Below, piece by piece: positions 55,914 through 64,000 of a stretch of 64,000 nucleotides of DNA. The DNA is from Mycobacterium phage prophiT37-1. Position 1 is the first letter of the stretch, and the number at the start of each line of letters is the position of its first letter. The stretch is from the sequence record OQ417969.1. One strand, given 5' to 3'. Made by a program: the position numbers and the translations under genes. A model generated the notes under the pieces. It saw nothing but the letters and a program-made list of their open reading frames with translations, made no database searches and was not told where the DNA came from.

Positions 55914-57749
55914 GTGACTAGCGCACTCCTAGATGGCGTACAGCACGGATTAACCACAGCGCCACTGGAGTTCACGCGCTGGCTCAACGACGCCCTCGTA
56001 GACACGATGAACCGGCCGACCAAGCCGGACCCCGCCACAGACCCCATGTCGGCCTACAAGTACCTGCGCGGCCGACGCGACGCCATTGAAGGTGCGGCAC
56101 GCCAACGGCCCATGCTGCGCCTCTTCGACAAGAACATGGACCCCATCGCCCAAATCGCGGGCGAGCGGCTGGCGTCGGTCGAGGAGATGAATTCGGACTC
56201 CGGCCAGGCGAATGTCGTACTGCGGTACGACAACTGGCTCACTGACTTCATCCTCCAGCAGACGAAGATCCACGAGGACCTACACCTGGTCGTTGACCCC
56301 ATCCCTACACAGCCAACCTGGCGGACCCGGTGGGGAGGGAAGGTCACCGGCATCAACGCCAAGCGTGACTCGTCCGGCGTCCACACGCTGGAGCTGGAGG
56401 CGATCAGCAACCGGCAGCACGCAAAGAATCTGCTCTTCGCTGCTAACCCCGTGTTTCCTCCCGAGGTCCAGCTGCCGAAAATGTGGGTGCTACCAGGCAA
56501 TACGCGCACCATCTTGTCCGCGTCCATGTTCATCAACCTGGCGCGCCTGTTCTTCCCGCTCCTGTCCATCCCAACCAACGTCTTCAACCCGTTTGGCTGG
56601 CTCAACGGAGGCATCAGCGGCCTCGACCCGCTGTCCTGGCCGCTGCAAGTCGCGTTCGTCAACCCCATCCTCGACCAGTCCCGTCTCTCCGTCATCGGTG
56701 CCGCATGGACCGACTGGCACTCGGCGATGAACGACATGTTGAAGGACGCTGGCTGCGACTTCCGCGCCTACACCTGGCTCAAGGAAGACAAGGACTCCCC
56801 GCACACCGAACTCGTAGACCTGGTGCGCGGCACCGTTGCTGAGGACGCCGTCAACGACGCCACTCGGCCGCACCGCAACTGCATCGTCTTCGCCATCGAG
56901 GACAAGTCTGGCGTGACCGGCCCAACCGGAACGGCCGCCGACGGCGTCATCAACCTGATCGGCGCCACGTTGGACGACATGATCACCGAAACCCTCATCA
57001 ACCTCGATGAGGATGGTGACGGCGAGACCGATCCGGTGTTCCGAAAGCTGCTCGGCGTCGCACCCGAGAAGCCGAAAACCATTTGGTACGACGGCCAATT
57101 CAGCGGAATCATCGAGTCGGAGCGCCGACAACACAAGGGGCCAGTCAAGACGGTGATGACGGGCTCCCGCAGCCCGCAGATTGTCAACCAGGCTCAAACG
57201 TTTGCTATCAGATACGCGCTGTCGCAACTGGCGCAGGTAATCAACTATGCAATAGGCGCCTACCAGCAGCCGGGTACCGAAGGTCTGGACAACCTCTACC
57301 AAGGCCAGCTGGACAATACTTTGCTGGCGTGGATGCGCTTCACCGATCCGCGCCGCGCGCTCTGGACCGGCGACATGGCCTGGCAAGAGCATTTCGAGAA
57401 GGGCGGCGGCACCGCCTACACCCTGTCCGGCGTCGTCACCATGCGCGTCGGCCACTACAAAACCCGTGCCTGGCAGGGCTTTACGGTCAAGGTCGTCAAC
57501 GGCCGACCACATGCCATAGACATCGACATCGGCCTGGGCGACCGGGCCGGGTTCGAGCAGGGCGGCATCATCTTCGTCGACCAGATCACCGCCATAAAGC
57601 GAACGTGGTCCCGAAGTGAGCCAGTCACAGTGCAACTGGCCATCGGCGACGACAGCGACAAAGAAGACCCCGCGGCGCGGGGTCTTCGTGCATTGCAGGC
57701 CGTGTGGACGACCCTGTCCCAATTCCTCGGCGAAGGAACCATCTTCTGA
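55914..57749 (+). CDS. minor tail protein (611 aa)
   Basis: position. Confidence 0.5.
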   Translation: MTSALLDGVQHGLTTAPLEFTRWLNDALVDTMNRPTKPDPATDPMSAYKYLRGRRDAIEGAARQRPMLRLFDKNMDPIAQIAGERLASVEEMNSDSGQANVVLRYDNWLTDFILQQTKIHEDLHLVVDPIPTQPTWRTRWGGKVTGINAKRDSSGVHTLELEAISNRQHAKNLLFAANPVFPPEVQLPKMWVLPGNTRTILSASMFINLARLFFPLLSIPTNVFNPFGWLNGGISGLDPLSWPLQVAFVNPILDQSRLSVIGAAWTDWHSAMNDMLKDAGCDFRAYTWLKEDKDSPHTELVDLVRGTVAEDAVNDATRPHRNCIVFAIEDKSGVTGPTGTAADGVINLIGATLDDMITETLINLDEDGDGETDPVFRKLLGVAPEKPKTIWYDGQFSGIIESERRQHKGPVKTVMTGSRSPQIVNQAQTFAIRYALSQLAQVINYAIGAYQQPGTEGLDNLYQGQLDNTLLAWMRFTDPRRALWTGDMAWQEHFEKGGGTAYTLSGVVTMRVGHYKTRAWQGFTVKVVNGRPHAIDIDIGLGDRAGFEQGGIIFVDQITAIKRTWSRSEPVTVQLAIGDDSDKEDPAARGLRALQAVWTTLSQFLGEGTIF

Positions 57750-58360
57750 TGGCCGCCGACAGGCCAGGCAAGGCGCACCGCGTACCGGCAGACCAGGTGC
57801 CCCCACCGGCGGCCGACACTACTGCGCTGTCCCCGCGCGACGTTGCCGTCTGTGCGGCAGCTGACGATGCCGAAAATGGCGACCTCACACCAGATATGCA
57901 GGTCGGTCTCGACGCCGGACTGGACATCGAGCAGGCCGCGAAGGTCGCAGAAATGCGCGAGATACAGCGCGCATACCTGGAGCTGCTGGAGGTCATGGAG
58001 TACCCGGTCGACCAGAACGGTCGCGTCCACGACCTCAACCACATGTCCGCCACCATCCTCGCCATCGCCTGGACCGCAGTGCTGTACGGCTTCCGCCGCA
58101 CCGCCACCGCACACATCAAAAAGCGGCGCATGCACGGCCCAGGCATCTACGAGAACGCGTGCACATGGGTGGACGTCAACGCCCCCGATGACGCCGAACG
58201 AGACCTACAGCCAGGCGATTACAGCGACGACCGACTCCGCCCACCCGACGTCCGCGGCCTAGCCGCACGCCGCGACGGCGAGGGGCCAGTCGTGACCGCC
58301 GAGTGGCACACGAAACCAGAGGTCCGCTACACCGACGCACCCCGTCCCAAGGAGGACTAG
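57749..58360 (+). CDS. hypothetical tail-associated protein
   Basis: ORF. Confidence 0.4.
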   Translation: MAADRPGKAHRVPADQVPPPAADTTALSPRDVAVCAAADDAENGDLTPDMQVGLDAGLDIEQAAKVAEMREIQRAYLELLEVMEYPVDQNGRVHDLNHMSATILAIAWTAVLYGFRRTATAHIKKRRMHGPGIYENACTWVDVNAPDDAERDLQPGDYSDDRLRPPDVRGLAARRDGEGPVVTAEWHTKPEVRYTDAPRPKED

Positions 58361-59764
58361 ATGACCGCACCGGTACCACCCATCGGCCTGATGGTGTACC
58401 TCAAGTCCCTGCTGACGAACACCCACATCTACGCCGTGGTGTCCGACGGCGCGACACCGGACCAGTACGCGGTCACCATGGAAATCCAAGGCGATCAGGC
58501 AACTTTGGTGGTTCCGGCTCTCATGGGGCCACAGGGTCCGGCCGGTACCAACGCCTTCGCCCTGCGCCTCCAGAAGTCGATGATCGATGACCCCGAGGAC
58601 CTGCCGACCAACCTCCAGGACATCGAGGAGGACATCGGCAAGTACTGGATCATGAACCACTACGCCACCGTCAACGAGGTCCAGACGGTGACACTCAACG
58701 GCAACCCCACCTCCTTCACCATCGCGTACGACGGCCAGCCGACCTCATCCATTGCCGGTAACGCCACCGCTCAGGCGTTCGAGGACGCGCTGGTTGCCCT
58801 GCCCAACGTCTCGACCGGCGACGTCGAGGTCGTCGGCAACCCCGGCGGCCCCTACACGGTGACCTTCGCCGGTTCCAAGGCCGGTATCGGGCAGCCGCAG
58901 ATGACCGGCACGCCCACCGGCGGCACCAGCTCCTCCGTGGTCGTGACAACCGAGCAGGAGGGCGTCACCAACCTCATCGGGTCTCGCGCCTACATCTGGT
59001 TCGGCACGGAGTACCGCATCCTGATGATGGGATCGGAAGGCCCCCCGGGGCCGGTGCCCCAGATCAGCTGGAGCGTTGAGCTTCTCCCGCCGGAGGGCGC
59101 CCAAGACTCCTACGTCCACCAGACAGGGTCGCCGTACGCGCCGTCGTGCCGCCTGTACTTGAAGGTCCCGCGCGGCCCGCAAGGCGTTGCCGCCAGCCTC
59201 GGGCAGGCCCCGGACGTCGACATGTCCACCCCGCCACAACACCTCCAGGTTCTGGGCTTCGACGAAAACATCGGGGCATCCGGTAAGTGGCGGCCCATGT
59301 CCATTGGGTCGATCCTGCCTAGGCCGTTCACGGTGCCCGAGGCAGCGTTCACCAACTTCCAGGGCTTCTCCACCCGCGCACCCATCGGGTCCTTTGCCAT
59401 TCCCGCGCAACCGTTCCCGTGGAAGCCGATTGTGTTCGGGAAGATCAAGGCGACCGGCGTGGAGCTGGATCAGGACCCGCTCATCATCGGCTGCGAGGTC
59501 CGGCTGGGACACCCCACCTCCGGCCAACTCATTGCCCGTGGCTTCGGCAACACCTCCCAGTGGGCGCACATGTCGCCGCACGCGTCGACGCCGTCCGACC
59601 CCACCATGGCCATCACGCCGGACAACACCTACGCCCTGGTGCCTGCCAACCACACCGGCAACCAGGGCACCGTCTACGTCAACCTGTACAACGACGGCCT
59701 CGCCGGTGCCTACCTGTTCGACAAGGCCAACGCCCAGCTGTACGTCGAGGTCATGCCGGTCTAA
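58361..59764 (+). CDS. minor tail protein
   Basis: ORF. Confidence 0.5.
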   Translation: MTAPVPPIGLMVYLKSLLTNTHIYAVVSDGATPDQYAVTMEIQGDQATLVVPALMGPQGPAGTNAFALRLQKSMIDDPEDLPTNLQDIEEDIGKYWIMNHYATVNEVQTVTLNGNPTSFTIAYDGQPTSSIAGNATAQAFEDALVALPNVSTGDVEVVGNPGGPYTVTFAGSKAGIGQPQMTGTPTGGTSSSVVVTTEQEGVTNLIGSRAYIWFGTEYRILMMGSEGPPGPVPQISWSVELLPPEGAQDSYVHQTGSPYAPSCRLYLKVPRGPQGVAASLGQAPDVDMSTPPQHLQVLGFDENIGASGKWRPMSIGSILPRPFTVPEAAFTNFQGFSTRAPIGSFAIPAQPFPWKPIVFGKIKATGVELDQDPLIIGCEVRLGHPTSGQLIARGFGNTSQWAHMSPHASTPSDPTMAITPDNTYALVPANHTGNQGTVYVNLYNDGLAGAYLFDKANAQLYVEVMPV

Positions 59765-62280
59765 TGCCTCGGTCAGTCGATCTGGTCCCACAGAACTTCA
59801 AGACGGAATACGACCCGACCAACCAACTCGCCCAGGACCCGGCCCTCAAGAAGACCATCAACAACCTCGGCGACGTCCTCAAGCAGCTGCCGGTGATGAT
59901 CCAGAAGGAACTCCAACGGCTCATCGACTCGCTGCTGGGCATCGCCACCAACCCCATCCCCGAAATCATCGAGTGGTTGGACGAGCTGAAAAAGGGCATC
60001 GCCAACGTCCTGTCGTGGATCAAGCCCGGACTGCTGCCACTCATTCCCTTGTCACAGATCGGCGAATGGTTCCCGAACCTGCTTCTCAACGGCGGCTTCG
60101 ACACCGACGCCGCGGTGGCCGACAACCCGGACTGGTTGTGGGACGGCACCATCGGCCGCACCAGCCCATTGGGATCGGTCAAGGCCATCATGGCAGGGAC
60201 CGCAAAATACCTGCACTCCAACGCCATACCGGTGGCCAAGAAGCAGCACTTGGAACTGGAGGTATTCACCCGCTGGCAGGGCCTTGCCGCCGGTGCTGGC
60301 ACCAACCCCATCCGGCTGGTCGTCACCTCGTACCTGGCAGGCAACCCCGTCTCGTCGACAGTGGTGGCCCAGCACCAACCGTCGGCAGACGACAGCAGCG
60401 GATGGGTGGAACTGCACGGCACCTACACCGTGCCCGACACCGGCGTCGACGAAGTCCGCACCACGCTGCTGGTGACCGGCGACGCCACCGCGGGCACCGT
60501 CTGGTTCGACGACGCCGACACGTGGAAGACCGGGAAGCTGCCGCAGGACTACGTGCAGGATCTGGTCACCCAGCTGGAGCAGTTCGGCACCGATATAGGC
60601 AACGCCTTGGAGGAACTGGCGCACAAGGTCGGACTGGACCGCTTCAAGGAGTTCTTCGACACCGTCGCCGGTCAGGTCAACGCCGAGATCGGGGATGTCC
60701 AAAACCGTCTCGCCGCAATCACCGCTGACGGCAAGATCGACGCAGCAGAGATCCTGGGTTTGCTTGGCCTAGGCAACATCCCGCTACTCCCGCAGACCAA
60801 GGTCACTGATCTACCCGACCTCAACGCCCAGCTGAACCAGATACGGGACATCTTCGCCGGGCTTGTTGTCACACCCATCAACTCGACCATCCAGGCCGTC
60901 AAGGACTGGTTCGGGCTGAGCAACAACAAGACTCAGAAGCTCACCGCGGTCGGGACACTGAACGCGGGCGATGTCGTCGGCAATTTCGACATGGGCCGGG
61001 TCAACGATCTGGTCAGCAACCTCGGCGACATGCTTACCGGAGTCAAAACCGGCGCCGACGGAACAGCCACGAGCACAACGGGAACCATCGGCGAGCAGAT
61101 CAACCAGGCCAAGGAATCACTGCTATCGCTGCTCGGCCTATCCCGCGATGCACTCAAGAGCGCCATCGCGGCGCAGACCACGCTCCAAGAGCAGGAAACC
61201 GAGCAGAACACCGGTGGCGGCAACAGCTACAGCTTCACCTTCTCCGGTGCCGACGGCGCCGCACTGAACTCGACGGACTGGACCACCGGCCCCAACCCCG
61301 GCGACATCACCATCCGCGGGGACTCCGGGTATGCAGGCGTCAAGAACGGCAACCCCGACGGGTACTTCTTCGCCAGCCCCAACTACACCTACGCCACCGA
61401 CGGCCAATCGGCCTCATTCGTGCTGGGCGACACCCAAAACGGCAACTACTACTCCGGTGTCTACATCCGATGCGACTCGGGCCGCACCCAGGGCGCCTAC
61501 TGCCTTGCGAAAGAGGGCGAAATCCGCATCGGCAAGTTCACCCGCTCGGGCAGCAGCTGGTCGTTCAACACGCCGCTGACACTGCAAACCGGGCTCTCGG
61601 CGGTCAAGCAGGGCGCCCGCATCGAGATCCGCTGCTCAGGCACCAACTACTTCGTGCGCGTCAACGGCCGCCAAATCCTCTCCGCCACCGACGCGAGCAA
61701 CACCATCAACATCGGTGCCGCATACCGGTATTCGATGTTCAGCGTGCAGCGGGCAAGCCCGTTTTTCACCTACGACTCCTACCGCATAGCCGCGTTCGCG
61801 ATGTCCGACTACACCTCAGCGGGAGCGGGATTCTCGATGTCAAACTCCTGGAGCATCAGACGCGACAGCACCGCCGACGTCACATACGGCCCCTACACAT
61901 CCGGCGCATTCCCGTCCGGCTTCTTCACATTCAACGACTACACCACCGACGTCACTCTCGACGACCTCGGCACGGCCCGCATCGAGATCGCCACCACCGG
62001 CCTCTACCGCATCAACACCACCTACCGATCGGTCACCGCCAAGGGCACGTCTGTGCCCTACTGGACGCTGTACAAGAACGGCACCCGCATCACCGGCGCT
62101 ATTCCCTCGGGGTGCCCCTTCGAGATTCCGCTCGTGGCGGGAGATGTCGTACAGCCAGGATTTATCGCGGTCGACTACGACATCCGGTCCAACGGCTCAA
62201 CCGGATCGGAAACCGTTGTCCCACGCAGCATCACAGCCCTATCCGGCATAGCCACATTCGACGGCCGCCGAGTCGCATAA
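59764..62280 (+). CDS. minor tail protein (838 aa)
   Basis: ATG overlapping the upstream TAA. Confidence 0.55.
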   Translation: MPRSVDLVPQNFKTEYDPTNQLAQDPALKKTINNLGDVLKQLPVMIQKELQRLIDSLLGIATNPIPEIIEWLDELKKGIANVLSWIKPGLLPLIPLSQIGEWFPNLLLNGGFDTDAAVADNPDWLWDGTIGRTSPLGSVKAIMAGTAKYLHSNAIPVAKKQHLELEVFTRWQGLAAGAGTNPIRLVVTSYLAGNPVSSTVVAQHQPSADDSSGWVELHGTYTVPDTGVDEVRTTLLVTGDATAGTVWFDDADTWKTGKLPQDYVQDLVTQLEQFGTDIGNALEELAHKVGLDRFKEFFDTVAGQVNAEIGDVQNRLAAITADGKIDAAEILGLLGLGNIPLLPQTKVTDLPDLNAQLNQIRDIFAGLVVTPINSTIQAVKDWFGLSNNKTQKLTAVGTLNAGDVVGNFDMGRVNDLVSNLGDMLTGVKTGADGTATSTTGTIGEQINQAKESLLSLLGLSRDALKSAIAAQTTLQEQETEQNTGGGNSYSFTFSGADGAALNSTDWTTGPNPGDITIRGDSGYAGVKNGNPDGYFFASPNYTYATDGQSASFVLGDTQNGNYYSGVYIRCDSGRTQGAYCLAKEGEIRIGKFTRSGSSWSFNTPLTLQTGLSAVKQGARIEIRCSGTNYFVRVNGRQILSATDASNTINIGAAYRYSMFSVQRASPFFTYDSYRIAAFAMSDYTSAGAGFSMSNSWSIRRDSTADVTYGPYTSGAFPSGFFTFNDYTTDVTLDDLGTARIEIATTGLYRINTTYRSVTAKGTSVPYWTLYKNGTRITGAIPSGCPFEIPLVAGDVVQPGFIAVDYDIRSNGSTGSETVVPRSITALSGIATFDGRRVA

Positions 62281-62301
62281 CCCCATAGAGAGGCGTCAGC
62301 C

Positions 62302-62466
62302 ATGGCCACCACGTTCACCATGCCCGAACTCCCCGGCATCACCTTCACCGCCGAGCGCGGCGGCCTGGACCCCGACGGAAAACTCAACCCGTCCTGGATA
62401 CAGATCACCGGCACCAGCGACGCAGACGGTCAGATGGTCTCCTGCATAGGATTCGCCGGTCCATAG
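62302..62466 (+). CDS. small hypothetical protein (54 aa)
   Basis: fills the gap; below the 60-aa ORF-track cutoff. Confidence 0.3.
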   Translation: MATTFTMPELPGITFTAERGGLDPDGKLNPSWIQITGTSDADGQMVSCIGFAGP

Positions 62467-63600
62467 ATGAGCTGGACCACCAACCCGCAACCGGAATCAT
62501 CAGAGCCGCAACTGGGTTGGTGGAAAGAACCACCACAGACACAGCAGCAAGAGCCGGTCACTGGCTGGTTCTGGATACCCGATAGAACAGCCGCCCTCAC
62601 CGCTGAGGGCACCATGGCCGTCGACGTTGCGCAGGTGTACACCGTCGGTGCCGACATGGCGGGAGCGGGCACCCTCACCGCCCAGGTCTCCCAGATATAC
62701 GGCATTACAGCGGGATACAACGGGGCAGGCGCCCTGGCAGCCGATGTCCGACAGCTGTACCAACGTACGGCCGCCATGGCTGGCACCGGCAGCATGTCAG
62801 TAGATGCGCGGGTTCGCCTAGACCGTCTGGCGCAACTGGCTGGTGCAGGCACGCTGTCGGCACAACTACTTCAACAGTTCACCCGAAGCGCCACATTCGG
62901 CGGCGGGGGTACCTTGGCCGCACAGGCAGCGCAGGCGTACGCCCTGGGCGCGGCCCTCTCCGGTGCAGGCACACTGGCAGTCCAGGTAGCCCAGAAGTAC
63001 CAACTAGGTGCGGCATTCGCCGCAACCGGCACCCTCCAGTGCGGCGCAGCGTTCCCGGCGATGTCCCCGGTACGCACCGACATCACAACGACCGGGTCCT
63101 ACACCTACAACATCCCGTACTGGTGCCGCTACATCGACTACGCGTACCTGCCCGGAGGGGGCGGCGGTGGCGGCGCCCAATTCTCCTTCACCCCAGCACA
63201 GGGCGGCGACGGCGGCCAATGGGTGTACGGAACCTGGGAACGCGGCGTCGATTTCCCATGGACCGCCACACAAATCACCGGCTCCATCGGAGTCGGCGGC
63301 ACAGCGGGCACCGGGGGAGGTAACGGCGGCAACGGCGGCCCCACAACCGGCATCGTCAACGGCTCCACCCTCGTCACCGCACCTGGCGCAACGGGACGCG
63401 GCGGCATCGGCACACAGTCCGGCGACCCCGTCGGCGGCGGAAACGCCAACTTCAACCGCGACGTCTCCCTCAACGGCCAGACCTACACCGGCGGCACAGG
63501 CGACGGCGCCGCTCCCGGCTCAGGCGGCAAGGGCGGCGGCGCATTCAGCAACGGCAACGCGGGTGCCCGCGGCGAAGCCCACTTCTACGCAAGGCAATAG
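62467..63600 (+). CDS. Gly-rich repeat-containing minor tail protein
   Basis: roughly 22-aa periodic repeats GAGTLxAQVxQxY; C-terminal GGGGGGG and GGTAGTGGGNGGNGG. Confidence 0.55.
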   Translation: MSWTTNPQPESSEPQLGWWKEPPQTQQQEPVTGWFWIPDRTAALTAEGTMAVDVAQVYTVGADMAGAGTLTAQVSQIYGITAGYNGAGALAADVRQLYQRTAAMAGTGSMSVDARVRLDRLAQLAGAGTLSAQLLQQFTRSATFGGGGTLAAQAAQAYALGAALSGAGTLAVQVAQKYQLGAAFAATGTLQCGAAFPAMSPVRTDITTTGSYTYNIPYWCRYIDYAYLPGGGGGGGAQFSFTPAQGGDGGQWVYGTWERGVDFPWTATQITGSIGVGGTAGTGGGNGGNGGPTTGIVNGSTLVTAPGATGRGGIGTQSGDPVGGGNANFNRDVSLNGQTYTGGTGDGAAPGSGGKGGGAFSNGNAGARGEAHFYARQ

Positions 63601-63607
63601 GAGACAC

Positions 63608-63958
63608 ATGGCAATTCAAGTACCCCAGACGCGGCAAGCCCTCGCCGACGCATGGAAATCTCTAGGCAACTGGTTTGGGTGCGCGACCGGCGCACCCGGC
63701 ACCTCACAGACACCCTCCAACGAGTCCACCGGCGGCGGCTACGCCCGCGCCCAAACCACCTGGACATCCGGCTCAGGCGGAAACGTAACCGGCTCCGCGG
63801 TAAGCATCGCAGTCCCGGCATCCACCATCACCCACGCCATCATGGCGTCCGCCGCAGCAGTCGGCGCAGCCAACATGATCGACAACTGCGCCGTCACCCA
63901 AGCCATCTTCTCCACCCCGGGCAACGTGGTTCTCACCCCTTCGCTGGGGATCGCGTGA
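63608..63958 (+). CDS. hypothetical tail-region protein
   Basis: ATG 63608, TGA 63956-63958. Confidence 0.4.
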   Translation: MAIQVPQTRQALADAWKSLGNWFGCATGAPGTSQTPSNESTGGGYARAQTTWTSGSGGNVTGSAVSIAVPASTITHAIMASAAAVGAANMIDNCAVTQAIFSTPGNVVLTPSLGIA

Positions 63959-64000
63959 CCGCACCAGCCAAAGCCGACGGAATACTCCAAGTCGTCGTGT
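63955..64000 (+). CDS. partial ORF, 5' end only
   Basis: GTGA-coupled start; runs off the window. Confidence 0.25.
   Translation, partial: MTAPAKADGILQVVV

Noticed and set aside
63008-63958. 316-aa Pro/Ala/Ser-rich ORF overlapping the Gly-rich tail gene
   Set aside because: It is the upstream stop-free extension of the frame of the real 63608..63958 gene. It overlaps 62467..63600 in another frame and lacks a start context.
1-64000. Integrase/recombinase and holin/endolysin genes
   Set aside because: Searched for tyrosine-recombinase motifs (R..H..R..Y) and serine-integrase motifs, lysin domains and small multi-TM holins. None is convincing. The NlpC/P60 motif is internal to the tape measure. 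These functions are expected outside the window.

Overview
The window is high-GC (about 65%) actinobacterial DNA and reads as a temperate siphovirus integrated into the 3' end of a tRNA gene. Nearly all genes are on the + strand and most overlap by 1-4 nt.

Gene order, left to right:
- attL-like tRNA 3' end (1-37).
- An XRE-family repressor on the minus strand (to 266) whose reading frame runs into the tRNA/att core.
- A divergent cro/xis-like gene and an operator region (267-464).
- A long early region: two ParB-like nucleases, two DEDDh exonucleases, two HNH endonucleases, a RecE-like exonuclease with a RecT-like annealing protein, an SPFH/band-7 protein, a MazG-like domain protein, a Gp37/Gp68 family protein, a metallophosphoesterase, a DUF4326 protein, and many small hypothetical ORFs.
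- Three minus-strand 'moron' ORFs (22962-23579), two of which look like a BrnT/BrnA-type toxin-antitoxin pair.
- The standout locus (24097-26718): a Ro60 ortholog (Rsr; TROVE domain plus a von Willebrand factor A domain) preceded by six tandem units of about 115-135 nt. Each unit is bounded by covarying helix-forming end motifs. Four units carry a tRNA-like module with the arms in permuted order (T-arm, then the 3' acceptor strand, a tiny loop, the 5' acceptor strand, then the D-arm) and no anticodon arm. This is the architecture of bacterial YrlA-type Y RNAs, not of tRNAs.
- Three GTATA-N6-TATAC dyad sites and a related 18-bp perfect palindrome flanking the Y RNA/Rsr island.
- A cluster of envelope-targeted genes (29430-33572): a secreted Cys-rich protein, a membrane protein with PG- and Gln-rich linkers and an HNH-like motif, and a lipoprotein.
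- A packaging and virion module from 38297 onward: kinase-HNH fusion, ParB-methyltransferase fusion, terminase small and large subunits, portal, prohead protease, major capsid, head-tail connectors, major tail protein, tail assembly chaperones with a programmed -1 frameshift, a 1569-aa tape measure with an embedded NlpC/P60-like motif, and minor tail proteins.

No integrase, lysis cassette, rRNA, canonical tRNA gene or CRISPR array is present in the window. Function calls rest on visible motifs only; no database search was possible.
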